This document shows, in pieces, positions 36,203-55,399 of a stretch of DNA of 64,000 nt. Within the stretch, counting starts at the first letter, position 1, and every line of letters begins with the position of its first letter. The translations under genes were made by a program, and so were the position numbers. Under the pieces are notes generated by a model. That model had not been told where the DNA came from. It did no database searches and saw only the letters and a program-made list of their open reading frames with translations. Source of the stretch: the human T2T-CHM13v2.0 reference genome, Homo sapiens; NCBI RefSeq assembly GCF_009914755.1, contig NC_060927.1; one strand, written 5' to 3'.

Positions 36203-36916
36203 GAGAGCCAAAGGAGCCCCCCCGGACAGAATCCCAAACCCCAGTGGCCTTAAGCTAAAGAGGCTCTCTGCTCCTGCTAAAAACAGCTCACCTTAACTGG
36301 TAACTTGCAGAGGTGAGGAAGAATTCATCTCACACCATAAAGGTCTGGGGTGCTAAGGCTCTCCCTGATGGGAGAGAAACAAGGGTGTTAGGGGTATTGG
36401 CCCCACACCATTCAGTGGCTGAAAGGGGGTAACCCAGGCACTCTCACACAAACTTTACAGGAGGCACACAAACTCTCCTGTAAAGTTTAACCTTTTCCTC
36501 TCTGTTCCTTTCTTTTTTCTTTTCCTGTTCAATCTAGGGGTCCAGATTGAAAAGATGGTTTCCAACATCCTAACCTCTGATTTTATTGTTCTTTTTAAAA
36601 CTCCAGCTAGTTACATATTATGGCCTGTTTTGTGCACATTTTAAACTAATGGGCAAACTACAATAAGAAAAAGTCAGAGCTCAAATGGTTAACCTGCACC
36701 ATAGGGTTAAGTAGAATCATCTAAAGTTCTCTATCTTCCTCTTTTTTTTCTGTCTGCTTTAAATTTACTGTTACCAAGTTGCTGGTGCTGAGATAAGACT
36801 CGTTATTTATGATCCAACTAGAATGTAAACATTGGAAACTCATTTAAAGTTAAAGAAAAAAAGGTAAAAGAAGTTTTGTTAAACAAAGAACCTAGAATTT
36901 TTTTAACCTTCCTTAA

Positions 36917-37243
<327 letters not shown>

Positions 37244-37599
37244 TTGAATCTTATTCTTAAAGCTAACTCTTTTTATTCAGTTCTACTGCAGGCTCTCAGT
37301 AACTCTCCAACTACCTCTCTTAAGCAGCTTCACCCTCTTAATATTGATGCTTTTATAAGGGAAGTAGTATACAATTGCTATTTGCAAGGAAACTTCCAAG
37401 ATTACTGCCCAGACAAAATTTCTTTATATTTGTCCCAGTAATGACATATACCCCCACACCACAACAACAATGTGCTGAGGTACTTTGCGTTTAACTGTTT
37501 TTCTTATACTCTTTACAGCCCTTCTTCTTTCCTGTCTTCCTGAGTTTCCTGTATATTGTCATTTTCCCTAAACATGGCTCTGTTTTTATTCGTCTATCA

Positions 37600-38420
37600 T
37601 GGCTAACTATTGTCTCAATGGCTATACGCAGGCATCCACTCTACTCAGTAACATCACAGGTTGCTAACATAACACACAGCACTAACTGCTGGATGTGCCC
37701 TCGCAAACAAGCACTTGAGGATGACATTACACTCTTAGCAGTCCCATGATCTACAGAAGAAATTGTTAAGCCCAATACTCTGGATTAGACTATACCGTTT
37801 ACATGCACACCAAAAACACAGGTCTAGGAGAGAGACCTGGGCCAATCGATCCCTCATGGCAATCATCCACCGTGACAAAGCAAATAGGGAAGGCACCAGA
37901 AATGGCCTGTAAGGCTCACCTCTGCATCAGAAACTCCAAGGGGTCTGGCCCTTTCCTAGGGGCTTTAACACAAGCCCATTATAGTTACATCATTAACTAT
38001 AATCAAATGTACCAGGAATGGTAGCCAAACAACAACTCTAACGAGTTCACTGTGTACCTCTGCAGGTTTTCTCTATGGTTGGGAAACAACAAAGTTAATG
38101 CCAGCAAAATTTAGAGTGATTCCTTTATGCCTATAAATGGTTCAGCAAATGGGACAGAATACAGAGGAACAAGGGTTGAAACTGGGCAACTTCTTAACCT
38201 CACTAATATGTCTATATCTGTTCCTCAATTTTCCCTTATCCCATTAATATTTAAAAACCTTATTTGTCAGGCCAGGCCCCACTTCTCCTGCCTATAATAA
38301 TGATTATACTAGTTTATTTGCACCTTGTATTGTTCATGAAATATCTTGTTTTGCGTCTTCTAGAATACAACTTCAAACCAAAATGTTACTGCAGCAAGGG
38401 TATCAGCCAGTAAAAGAACT
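37600..38420 (+). pseudogene. ERV env remnants
   Basis: TNCWMCP...LLAVP* (SU CXXC motif) at 37681; APCIVHEISCFASSRIQLQTKMLLQQGYQP (TM cytoplasmic-tail-like) at about 38320-38410. Confidence 0.65.
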
Positions 38421-40475
38421 AATGAATCCCCTTTGGAGCCAGCAGAACAAAATTTGAGGCTGCAAATGCTGTTCCCCTAAGGTCCCACAGCGACTCTGCC
38501 TAATTTAACTCCCAACCCAGGGACTGAGGCCCATGTAACCTCCTGACCGACTAACAATCCTAGGTAGGGCCAACTCTACGTCCCTGGTCAGCAAGAAGGT
38601 GAAGGTGAGACCTACACTCACATGCCAAAGATTTGTCATCGCTGCTCTGTCAGTGGAGGAATGTGGAGTCCTAATTGCAGAAAAGAAGTCAGGCTGGCAG
38701 GACCAAGGGAAAGCAAAAACAGACAACAGATAAGTTGTAAGTCTGCCTTTCTTCATGGTCCAGGACACATAGCCCTCCTGCACAAATAACTTACAATCTT
38801 CCTTCACCCAACTATCACCAGACACCTGCAAGTTAGCTCACTGCAACCTTGGTGTTTTATCAGAACTCCACGTAGCATTCTGCAGCCTAAGAACCATCCT
38901 ATAAAATCCCCGGCAAGACTTTGTCTCCTGGCAGTCAGCTCCCATTTAGTTACTTGCTCTAATAAATCTGCCCTTCTTCACCTACAACTGTCTTGGGAAA
39001 TTCTTTTCTCTGCACGCCACTGGCCCAGTGGTCGCTCACCCCCAACAATATTTGACAGTGCAGATCTAGAGAAAGTTTTGGAGAGTGCAGTTCCACATAG
39101 AATAATAAGCCAGATGCAACATCTCAAATATTATTTTTCTACTCAGTGGAAATTTAGCCTTCAATTCTTGTGTGTGAGAGTATGAGGGCTGTTTCCCCAA
39201 ATTTTGGAGTGCCCCAGGAGTTGGGTATGTCCATGCTCCATCCTATTCCCACCTCAGAGAATCATGCTGTCTTTCTAGCCTGCACAAATCTAAGACATAA
39301 GATGAATATCTGCAGTCAGGAACTAAATTCTCGTGGAATTACTTCTGTGGTGCATTTTGATATAGAATGTGGGGTCACAGGTTGTGATGAGCAAACCCAG
39401 CCCATATCTCTCCAAGCATTCCCTGATTAGTGCCCACAGTATTACAACTGGAAACTAGTTTCTTGCCCCATAGCTCCCACATAAATACATTAATTTTAAG
39501 TTTCTATCTACTTGTTCCCTTGAAAACTAGAGCAAAGGCCTGCAAAACCAAGGTACGCCCAATAAAACCGCCATTGACCTTGCAAAGCAAAAATGAAGAA
39601 AAATTTCTGACATGATTTCATGAAGCAACGTGGTTTTTTGTTTGTGAAGGGAATGGGGAAAAAGTCTTTTTTTCTACAGATCTGATCCCTATTTGACTAG
39701 CTGTTGAGAATTTTCAATACAGCCAACTTTAAAGTCCTGTTTCCCTTGATATTCATATTAGGACTTCACTCACCACACACTGACTCACTCTTGTCCCTTC
39801 ACCAACCAGTACTTCAAAAGATGCTTTTCATTAAATTCTTCATTACACATGGAACATTTCACTATGGGAGAAAAGCAGAAGCAGGACTCCTGGGAAGTTT
39901 AATTACACTAATACTGCTTTATGACTTGATGTTTACAGGCTTAAATTAATACAGGACTAAAATAACTTGTATCTCTGATGACCTGAGGATATAGACACAG
40001 ATTTTCAAAGAAAAACCAAGGTAATAAGAAGAACATTAATTTTGAAAAGTATACATGTAATTCTCATAGGAGCATTTTTTAAAAGCTCCTTACAAAATAT
40101 GAACTAATGTCCTTATATTTTCAAGACTTATATGGAGAAAAAACAAAACTTTACTTAAAAAAAAAGTATTTTTAAAATACTAACATGTTTCTGGTTTGGG
40201 CAAATTCACTATTATAAAATGTCAAGTCCTCCCATGTTAATGAATTAATGTATATTTTCAGCAAAATTTCAATTTATAAAAAATAAAATGTTTAAAGAAA
40301 TTAATGAAGCAGCTGTCAAGGTTATCTAAAAGAACACATAAGCCAGAATTGCAAAGATATTTTTAATAAAAAGAGAAGTATCAAGAGGGAATCTTCTTCC
40401 AGGTGAGGCTTAAAGGATAAAAGTAAATCAAATAAAACAAATAAATAAAAGAGTAGAAAAGGGAATCTTCTCTAA

Positions 40476-40774
<299 letters not shown>

Positions 40775-40992
40775 TATAAAACATTAAATTGTTAAAGTCA
40801 GGTACTAACATGAAAGTAAGCACATCAATGGAACAAAGTAGAATATCCAGCAATAAATATATATAGTATAAAAAGCAGAAACACATGCCATATGTAATAA
40901 AAGTGGCTTTTTAAGTAAATTGAAAAAGAGTGAATCATTTGGTACAACTCACTAAACATCTGGAAAATAAGTTAAATTCCTACTTCACCCCA

Positions 40993-41240
40993 TGTGGCAG
41001 GCCAAGTAATGAATTCCCCCAAAGACATCCAGATCCCTATCCCCAGAAACTATGAATATATTACATTACATGGTAAAAGGAAGTTTACCGATGTAATTAT
41101 CATTACAGACCATAAGCTAGGGATACTATCCCTGGATTATCAGGGTGAGCGCAATCTAATGACAAGAACTCTTTGACTGTGGCCCTGTGGCCAGAGTCAG
41201 ACAGGCTCATGGAAAGACGAGGGCAAGGGAGATGCAGCAG

Positions 41241-41286
<46 letters not shown>

Positions 41287-41918
41287 TGAGACGGAGTTTC
41301 ACTCTTGTTGCCCAGGCTGGAGTGCAATGGCACAATCTCAGCTCACTACAACCTCAGCCTCCCAAGTAGCTGGGATTACAGGCATGTGCTACCACACCCG
41401 GCTAACTTTTTTTTGTATTTAGTAAAGACGGGGTTTCACCATGGTCAGGCTGGTCTCAAACTCCTGATGTCAGGTGATCCACCTGCCTCTGCCTCCCAAA
41501 GTGCTGGGATTATAGGCATGAACCACTTTGCCCAGCTGAGATGCAGCAGATTTGAAGCATGAAAAGGAGTGGGCCCATCACTGCAGGCCTTGAAGGCGGA
41601 GCGGGGAGGAGTGATGAGGAACGTGGGTCACCTTAAGGAACAGAGGCTCCCAGCTGACGGTAAGAAAATGGGGACCTGAGTCTTACACCTACCAGGAACT
41701 GGATCCTGCCAACAACATGAGTGAGTCTGGAAGCAGGGGGTCTTTGCAGACTTTCCCGGTAGGAACTCAGCCAGCCAACATCTTGGTTTTCGCCATGTGA
41801 AACCAGCCAAGCTAGCCCACACTTCTAACCTATGGACTGTGAGATAATAAATTCATGTTGTTTTAAGCCACTAAGTTTGTGGTCATTCATTATGGCAGCA
41901 ATAGGAAACTAATATACA
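40993..41918 (+). mobile_element. MLT1 (D/E-like) LTR with Alu insertion (41242-41535, - strand, (TTG)n tail)
   Basis: MLT1 termini; Alu TSD GAGATGCAGCAGATT. Confidence 0.75.
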
Positions 41919-42786
41919 TCATACACCAAAATTAGTTCCAAATGAATAAAAAAAGTCAGTGTGAAAATGATACCACAGCAATAAAAGGAACAAATTGCTG
42001 ATAAAAACAGCAACATGAAGAATCTCAAAAAGTTTATGTTGAGCAAAAGAAGCCAGACAAAAGAACATAAACTGTGTGATTCCATTTACATGACATTCTA
42101 TAACAGGCAAATCTAAGAAATCAGAACAGTGATTGCCAAAAAAAGAGAGGGGGACTGACTGGAAAGGGGTATCAGTGAACTTTCTGGAAGAATGGAAATG
42201 TGTATTTTGACATTGTGGTGGTGGCCACACAGGTGCATATGTTTGTTAAAACTCACTGAGCAGTAACTTAAAATCTGTGCTGTTTATTACATGCAAATAT
42301 CTCATTTTTTAAAAAGCACCGAGAAAAAGAAAAGCACTAACAGAAAATATAGGTACAGATTTTAGATAATCTTCAACCACTCTAGGAAGACATTCAGCAA
42401 TACCTAACAAAGTGACACATACATATGGCCTTTGAAGCAGCAACTGACTCTACTTCTGGGAATGGATCTTACAGACTGACTGCATACATTGGAAATGGCA
42501 AATGTGTAAGATTATTCACTATCATGTTGCTGTAATAATAAAAGACTAGGACCAACTTTAAGACCCATCAACAGGGGACTGATTCAATAAATTAAAGTGC
42601 AGCACCCCCCCAAAAAACAAAATATTAAGTGTTAAAAAAAAAAGAATGAAGACAGTTCTGTATATTGATCTAGGATAACCTCCAAAATATATTTGAAAAA
42701 GCAAATGCAGAACAGTGTTTATATTACATTCCCTTTTGTACAGAAAGGAAGAGAGGGGCTGAATAAGAATATCTATTAATATTTGC

Positions 42787-44033
<1,247 letters not shown>

Positions 44034-44304
44034 TTAGAGAACGAGTTGAAGAGCTTAAGGATGTATGTGTGTGTGTACATTTCATCTATAGAGAGATTTC
44101 TGACTTAACAAACTAATAAGAGCAGTGATCTTTGGGGAGCAGATCTGGGAATGGGAAGATTGCTACTGAACTATGAGAGAGTACATTTTTCTGTTGTTTT
44201 AGGTCAGCTAATTTGTGGTAGTTTGTTTTTGCAGCCCTAAGAAACTAATACACCACCACTGAATATATTCACAGAATCATATAAATAGAAAAAATGCAAT
44301 AAAG

Positions 44305-44795
44305 TGTGGGATATGATGAGGTTTCTCTTCAAATAGCTTGATCAATCCTTTATTCTTTAATTCATAGTACCCCCAAACCCCTTTTTCTCTTTTTTTCTTC
44401 CTTTCTGTCTTTGTTACATGTCCAGACATGCCACAGTACCAGGCGTTATCAGTACTAGCTCACATTCCTTTCCTTATTTGGAAATGCTCTCTAGCTCATT
44501 GCAGTCACCCCTTCCCCTTTCCCCTCTCTCCCTTATGTGCCCACCTTATCTTTAAAAAGTTCAAATGTTTAGCCAACCGGGATTAGTTTAGAATTTACGG
44601 CCTGAACCCAGCCAATGGGGAAAGGGTACAGGCGCACTTGCTTCAGGAATAAAGGCTCTCGTGCCCCTTTGTTCAGGTGTGCTGTCATGGCGACTGGCCA
44701 AGGAGGCACCCCTCTGCGCAAAGTAAAATTGCTTTGCTAAGAATCCTCTGTTTGAGTGTTCAATCTCCTTAGGATTTTGAATGTTATTCCCAACA
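44305..44795 (+). mobile_element. Solo LTR10 (B/D/E-type) with p53-like motif
   Basis: TGTGGGATATGATGAGGTTTCTCTTCAAAT...CAACA; TSD AAAG on both sides; CCAAT boxes; AGTAAA polyA-like signal. Confidence 0.8.
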
Positions 44796-46805
44796 AAAGT
44801 GAGATGATTGGACTACAATTTCTAGAGCAAGGAACCCAAAGCTCAGAGATTAGGGGGCCTTGAGCCAGGCCACACAGCAGTGAGCACCAGAGGTGAAACC
44901 CAGGCTTATCTCCTAGCATCCACCCCAGCACCCTGGTCCACACTACCTGTCACCTGCCATTTCTGGGTGGGCAGGAAAGACAGGCCTAGATCCCAGGGCT
45001 TGCTTCTGGTTCATGATGTTTCAGGTTAATGGGATATGGGCCATGGTGATCCCTGCATGTTATTTGAGTGTAATCCCTGCAACATTTACAGAACCTTTGC
45101 TTTGTTTACCCAGTGAGGAGAAAATATTTGGTAAAAACATAGCCCTAGTATTTGTCTGTTTTTCAAAGGGGTTCCCTGAAATTACTAATCAATTAAGCAG
45201 CTACAGCTGAGAAAGTCTGTGGGACTCAAGACCTTGCCCCACTTCCCAAGCTAAGATAGGCTGTGAGGATGAGGCATGGGACAGGTCAGCACTGTGATGT
45301 CTGGAAATAGCCCCAACTCTTTCCACTGTGATTGTTCCTTTAGGAAACAGGGCACTTGCTCAGGGGCCCTAAGAAACCCTTTTCAGCTGGAGGGCAATGT
45401 CACCATGGTAGGCATGCTCTAGATGGCTGCTCAGCTCACTGCAAAGGCCTTCCAGGGGAGAGCCAAGGTACACAGAGGCAGGCCAGGGCCTTGTGTGTGC
45501 TCCATGGGCCAGACCTGCCAGGACAAGGCCCTTTCCTGGGAGTTTCTTAACTAGAACTTTGGGAAGAGTCCCCTTGTGTTGGAAACTGAGATAGGAGGCT
45601 CCAGAGGGTTGCAGCCTTACTTCCTACCCTGAGAAGAAGCCAATTTCTGGGGTAAAAGAATATAATGCCTGTGCCCAGAGAAAAGAAAGGCAGAAAGCGG
45701 GGCTCCTACAGCCCCCAAATTCCACATCCCATTGCCCTGAGGCCCAGCTGCTGCCTACCCCTTCCTTGGTTACTAAGCACCCTTCAGGAACTTTCCTCCT
45801 TCTGTCTAAATCGTTTGAGTTGTTTTTTCTCTCATTCATTAAAAACGAGGGAAGCAAGGAAAAGTGACCTGCCTGTTTCATCCTTCTCTACAGCTGCACA
45901 TTAGACAAGGGTCTATAATACCAGGGGTGTCCTACCCTCACCCCGCCCTGGGTATCTCTGGTCACAGTATTCCTTCCTGTAGTACCTGACAAGGCCTCGG
46001 AATCCTTTGTGAAACATTCATTCCAGGTGGCCACAAGTTCACGCCCCAGATGAATCCTATGTGCCATTCCCAGTTTACATGACAACAAAGACTTGAGCCA
46101 AAAATCAACTTGTGCATTTAAGCACAAGCATCCAGAATGTCCTAACTAGAAAACAACAAGCCAAAGACACACAGTCAGCTGTTCTCGAGCTCATTCCCAG
46201 CTTGCCTCCCTTAGGAGGCATGCAGGCCCCAGAATAGCTATCCCTGAGTTGGGTTCACACACACCCTCCAGAGGTATCTTCCTTGCCAGGCTGGATTACT
46301 GCAAAATTGGCCTTTTCATTGCTCTCCCTGGCCCACCCTCACCCAGCTCCAGCATGGCCTCTTCACCACAATCTGTAAGACAGTCCCCAAGACCATCAGA
46401 TCATGTGCTGTGTGTCCAGATTAAAAAAGACCCCAAGATCACCCAGGCCCCCAACCCCATCTGCCTCCCAGCACAATTTCTATGAACATCAGCTCTTCCC
46501 CAAGGGACTTGCAGATTCTCTGGGCCTTTCTCCCTCCCTCCACTTTAACCCCCTCCAAACCTCATGGTCTCCCTGCATGCCCACCCTGGGAGGGTGAGGG
46601 GCCACAGTCACTGCTGCTGCTCTTAACACACCTCTATAAGGTCCTGTGTGTAGCTTTTATACCACTTAATCCCCTGAATTATGATTTACTCGTTCTTTTG
46701 CCATATATTTCCCACCCTGCCTCTATGTTTGGGGCACTGTGCTGGTCTCGACAGCTCTGTGCCAGACACTAATTTGTTTTACTGCTTTCCCTAGAAGAAG
46801 CCTGA

Positions 46806-48532
<1,727 letters not shown>

Positions 48533-49522
48533 TCAACCTCCAAAGAGGAGACCCTAAGCCATCCCTCCCTTTGTGTAGCTAGTGGTAGACACATGATTTC
48601 TCCTCAGTGTGCCACAGGCTATTGTTTTTCCAGATCATTATTTGGATGAATAGTTTAAGGCAGCTGCATGATAACAAGTAAAGTGTATTCAGCACTTACT
48701 ATGTGCCCAGCCCTGTCCTAAACCCATCTCAAGCATCTTCTCACTGAATGTCTTTAAGAATGCCAGGAGGTACAAATATCCCAATTTCACAGATCAGGAA
48801 ATAGATTTACACAAAATGAAGGGACTTCTCCAAGCAAGGAACAAACTTAAGTCTGATATAAAAATCTGTGTTAACAACCCATAGGACAGAAGAGGTGTAC
48901 AAAGAGTAAAGGTTATTGGGAAAATCAGAAAAGGGGCCTTTAAAACTAAAATCAAATTCCTGCAAAAGCCAGCCCAAAGAATAACCAATAAGTTAGCATT
49001 CCACAATGTCTCAAGACAAATGATTTAGTTAAGCATCAGCCAACCACAGATTACTCATAAATCTTGACTTAGGTATCTGTGCTAGGCCTAGGCTGCCCAA
49101 TAACTGCCATTTTTCCTTCATGGCCCCCACTGTTTATGCAGAGTGTCCCAGGAACTATGAAGTTGGGAGCAGCCCCGAAAAGGGAGTACACCAGGCACTC
49201 CAGTGACAGCCATTAAACAAAGATGTTTTCTAATCAAAGGAGAACTTGGGCTTTGATAATAGCAGCCCAGGCATCTCCCCACCCAGAACCTTCTCCAAGC
49301 CTCTATGTAGCATTTAAATGCTAACTAATGCCCTTCATTCCACCTCCCAACCCCAAGACCACAGCAATTTGCTTCCTCCTCAATCTGAGGGGCAAGTCAA
49401 ACCCAGCAGAGAGGTGAAAACACCGTTCACTGCTGCATGGGGAGGGTCTGGAGGTGTCCAGGAGCTCCCCGTAGACAAAACAATCTCCCATGGACAAGGA
49501 CATCTGAAGGGTGGCCCCTTAA

Positions 49523-50520
<998 letters not shown>

Positions 50521-50617
50521 ACACAGAGCTGTGTGTATACACAGGCACACAAACATATTTTCCATGGCCTCTACCCTCATGTAGAATAAAGCCTGAATAG
50601 TTCAGATTCCCATTCTA

Positions 50618-50621
<4 letters not shown>

Positions 50622-50659
<38 letters not shown>
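50622..50659 (+). repeat. (CA)n microsatellite
   Basis: Direct read. Confidence 0.95.
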
Positions 50660-50661
<2 letters not shown>

Positions 50662-51254
50662 CTCTACTTACCTTTCTAGTATTCTCTAACACTATGTGCC
50701 CACCATGTTTTAGCCACATGACCACAAATTCATGTGGCTCCCTCCCATTCACATGACTTTGCACAGCAGTGTTAACAGGGCTGGGACTAGTCCCAAAAGG
50801 AAGATACAAGGATATGAGTGTTTTCCTCATAGAAGAGAAAATCCAGAAATCTGGGATCAAGTCCCACTGTTCTCTCTTCCAGGCCTGGTGTCAGGTGGTA
50901 AATTCACTTAATTTCTAGGCCTCAGTTTCCTTACTGGAAAACAAGGACAGTATCACATACATGACTGGACTCCTTGTCTCCTCACACAGTCAACAAATAT
51001 TGATTGGTGCCTACTGTGTACCAGGTACTCTGTCTGCCAGATGCTTGAGCTATGTGAAACAGCAATAACAAAAAACACTGCTGCCCCTTCATGAAGCTCA
51101 CATTCCAGTACAGGTACATCTGTAAAATGGTACTTGCTCAAAATATTTATGTGGGAATTAAATATAATAATATATGAAACACAACTCAGAGGCTGGCACA
51201 GGGTAAACTATTATTATTATGTTGATGTTTAGGGTCCAAGCCCTTTTGTTCACT

Positions 51255-51967
<713 letters not shown>

Positions 51968-54264
51968 TCAAAACTGACCTCCCATACTTCTTCTGGGAAG
52001 GATTCAGGAGCTGGGAAGTCTCTTCGAGAGCTTGTCTGCACCTCCACTAATCCTTTTCCACAGGTCTACATGACATTAACTCCGTTCTATCACAATTAGC
52101 AGAGCCTATGTCTTATATATTTACATCCTCCATACCCAATATGGACCCTTGGATATATCTGAGGAGCAGAACTGACTTGAAAAACAAAAAGCAAGAAGGG
52201 GTGAGAAAAGGCAAGAAGAAAGACCATATTAGAGAAACAGTCTGGGGGCCAGATTATAGATGGCCTTAGTACCTGGCCAATGAGTTCAGGCCAATGAGTC
52301 CCTAGAAGTCATCAGTGATTGAGCCTCCAGGTAGAGTGGACCTTCATGGGCAGAAGATGAGCTAGTCTAAGGGTGAGCAAAAATGATTGCCCTGGTGGCC
52401 ACAGCTGAACATGAAGGATGAGCCCATCCAATGTCAAGGCTGCTGTCTGAGCATTCTTGCCCCAGTGAATGAAGATCACCCAATATAGTGCTATAATTCT
52501 CTATATTTTATGTGTTGTGCACTACTGGCCTGGTTTCCTCCAAAATCCATCACTGATTTTTCGGACTGGGAATACTGCCCTCTTTCCAAGTGCTAGGAGG
52601 ACCCAGTGCTTAAAAAATAAAAAATCCCAATCAAAATGTTGCTGGAACTTCAAAGACAGATATAGCTAAACCCAGAGTTGGCTTGGCTCCAAAAGACACA
52701 CAGGGAGTCCCACCAGCCCACCAGGCTCACAGGAGCTCACACAAGCATGCTATGGTGAGCACAGGGCAGGTACTGTGAGGCTCAGCATCTAAGCAAAAGA
52801 TGGAATTGATTCAGGTAAACGGAGTCCAGGGTATCTTAGGCAAAGGTCATTCACATTTCCAGATTTTCAACAAAAACAAACAAGGCAATACTTATGCAAT
52901 TTTAGACCAAGAAAAATGTCTGCTCTGGCAGAATGAACCTTGCTAACCTAAGGAGTGACCAAAGGAGTAATCACTCTTGGCTGGGGGCACTGTGACATTT
53001 TTGTGTTCCAAAGATGCCTGTTTATCTGGCTCAATACTTTCTTTTTTAAAGGTTAAACTTAACCATTCTCCCCATCGCTGTAACCAGCCCGACTATCAGT
53101 CTTTGCTGTAACTGTTACAGTGTCATCTTTGCTGCCCCAAGTCTTTCTTTCCTGTAAAGATTTCTTAACAAGGGTGCTTTTGGCCTTGGGAACCTCAGGC
53201 AGCACTCCAAGGAAATTTGTTTTAAAAGCAATGAGCCTGCGGTCACTCTGAGGGCAAAGCACTGACATGTCAGCCCCACCTCCCCATCTGGAAATGCAGT
53301 GGAGGGTTCATTCCTTAAGGTCAAGAAAACCAACACCACATACTTGATAATGGCCAGAGAGGCCCACACCTCAACCTCCACTTCAGTTCTTAAAATCCTC
53401 CTCTTCAGATCACTTTACCTTCCCCAAACAGGAGGACTGCAGGCTCTACTTGGCTGCTAAAATAATCTTCATCCCCAAAAGCAAAGATAAAATAATGAGG
53501 GCATATACTATAGAAATGGGTCTTTGGTAGTAACTTCAGGAAAACAGAAGCAACCAGCAAATAGAAGTTTAATATTTCCACAAGGCCAGTCTCTATTTGG
53601 TTCCTGAGAGCCATGGACTGGGAAGTCAAGAGATAAGTTGTCTAATCCCAGATCTAACACTAACTCGTTGGTAATGACTAACAAGTGATGGCCTTTCTGG
53701 GCCTTAATTTCTTCATCTATAAAATGATCGTGGTCCAGCTCTTGATTGCAGCTGTGAAATTCTGAGACAAGACCCAAAGAATCCTTTTAGAAAACTATGA
53801 ATCCAAGGCTGCAGTAGGGTTGCAGCATCTTCCCTTCTTCTTCCTCAAAAAAAAAAAAAAAAAAAAAAAAAAGAACAGGAGCTATTATGCCCCTACCTCC
53901 CTAGCATTTACACCAGGCCCCACTGGGATCCATGCAGGAGGCCAGCTCTCTGTGGACACATAGCCAGAACCAAAGTAACCAGAAGCATCTGCGGTCTGTC
54001 TTTGTAGATGGTACTGGCTTGAACCACACAGCCATGTCCTACAGTATTCTATCACTCAAGTATGAATTTCAGTCTACTTCATCACTCCTACACCAAGTCC
54101 TCACTTCCAAAGTCAACTCCCCTGTGAAATGCTGACGGTCTCCTCATACTCTGGGAGAGCGGCGGAAACAGAACCTGCAGTTGCCCCATAAAGCTGGTCA
54201 GTCGGTCATAAAGTGAAGTTAACAATTTATGACCCGCTTTAAAAAAAAAAAAAAAACATAGAAT

Positions 54265-54592
<328 letters not shown>

Positions 54593-55399
54593 TCATTGTG
54601 CCTCACCCTGTAGAAAGAATAACTATACCATGAAGCTCTTGCTGCAATTTTACATGTGTATGTGTGTGTGCGTATATATGTATATATAATATTACACACA
54701 TATTATGCATATATACATTATATACATATAGGTGGGTGGGTGTGGGTCTTGATCGAAAAAAGACCTAGAAACCCATACATAGGCCAGTGGCAGTGGGATG
54801 CGACTCTGGGAGTGAATGCCACACACACCTATCCCACCTCTACCCACCCCCCCACCCCCCGCAGAGGATGCAAAAGCCAACAAAGAGCATATGAACTCAA
54901 GCACCTATCCTGCAATCCTACAAAACAGACCTGCCTGGAAAACAGTTGAAACAAACTCCTGACCACCGTCCCCGCCCTCCAACACACACACACCGTAGTA
55001 CTTTTTTTTTTTTTCTATAAAGGACCAAACAGGATGCCATCCGGATAACAGCCTTATATCAAAAAGGATCCTGGAACCCAAAACGCTCAGCACGAGGGAG
55101 CAGGAGAGCATACCTACGCTGGGAACACAAGGCTTTAATCCCAGCTATTCCTTCCCGCATAAGGACTAACTGAGCCAGCAGCAACTGGGTTGGAGCAGAT
55201 AGGGGAACTAGAGACCTCAGAGCCCCATTCTCTTTCTGCTTCTTAAATTTTTTTTTCTTTTATTTTCCAAATTGCACACTTCCATAAAAATTTTCCTAGG
55301 AAGCACCAAAGCTTTCAACTGCCCAGAAACACCCCGATCTGGGAGAAAAGGTGGCTTGAGCTGCACCTCAAAGATGGGCTCTATCTCAGCCGGGTTGCA

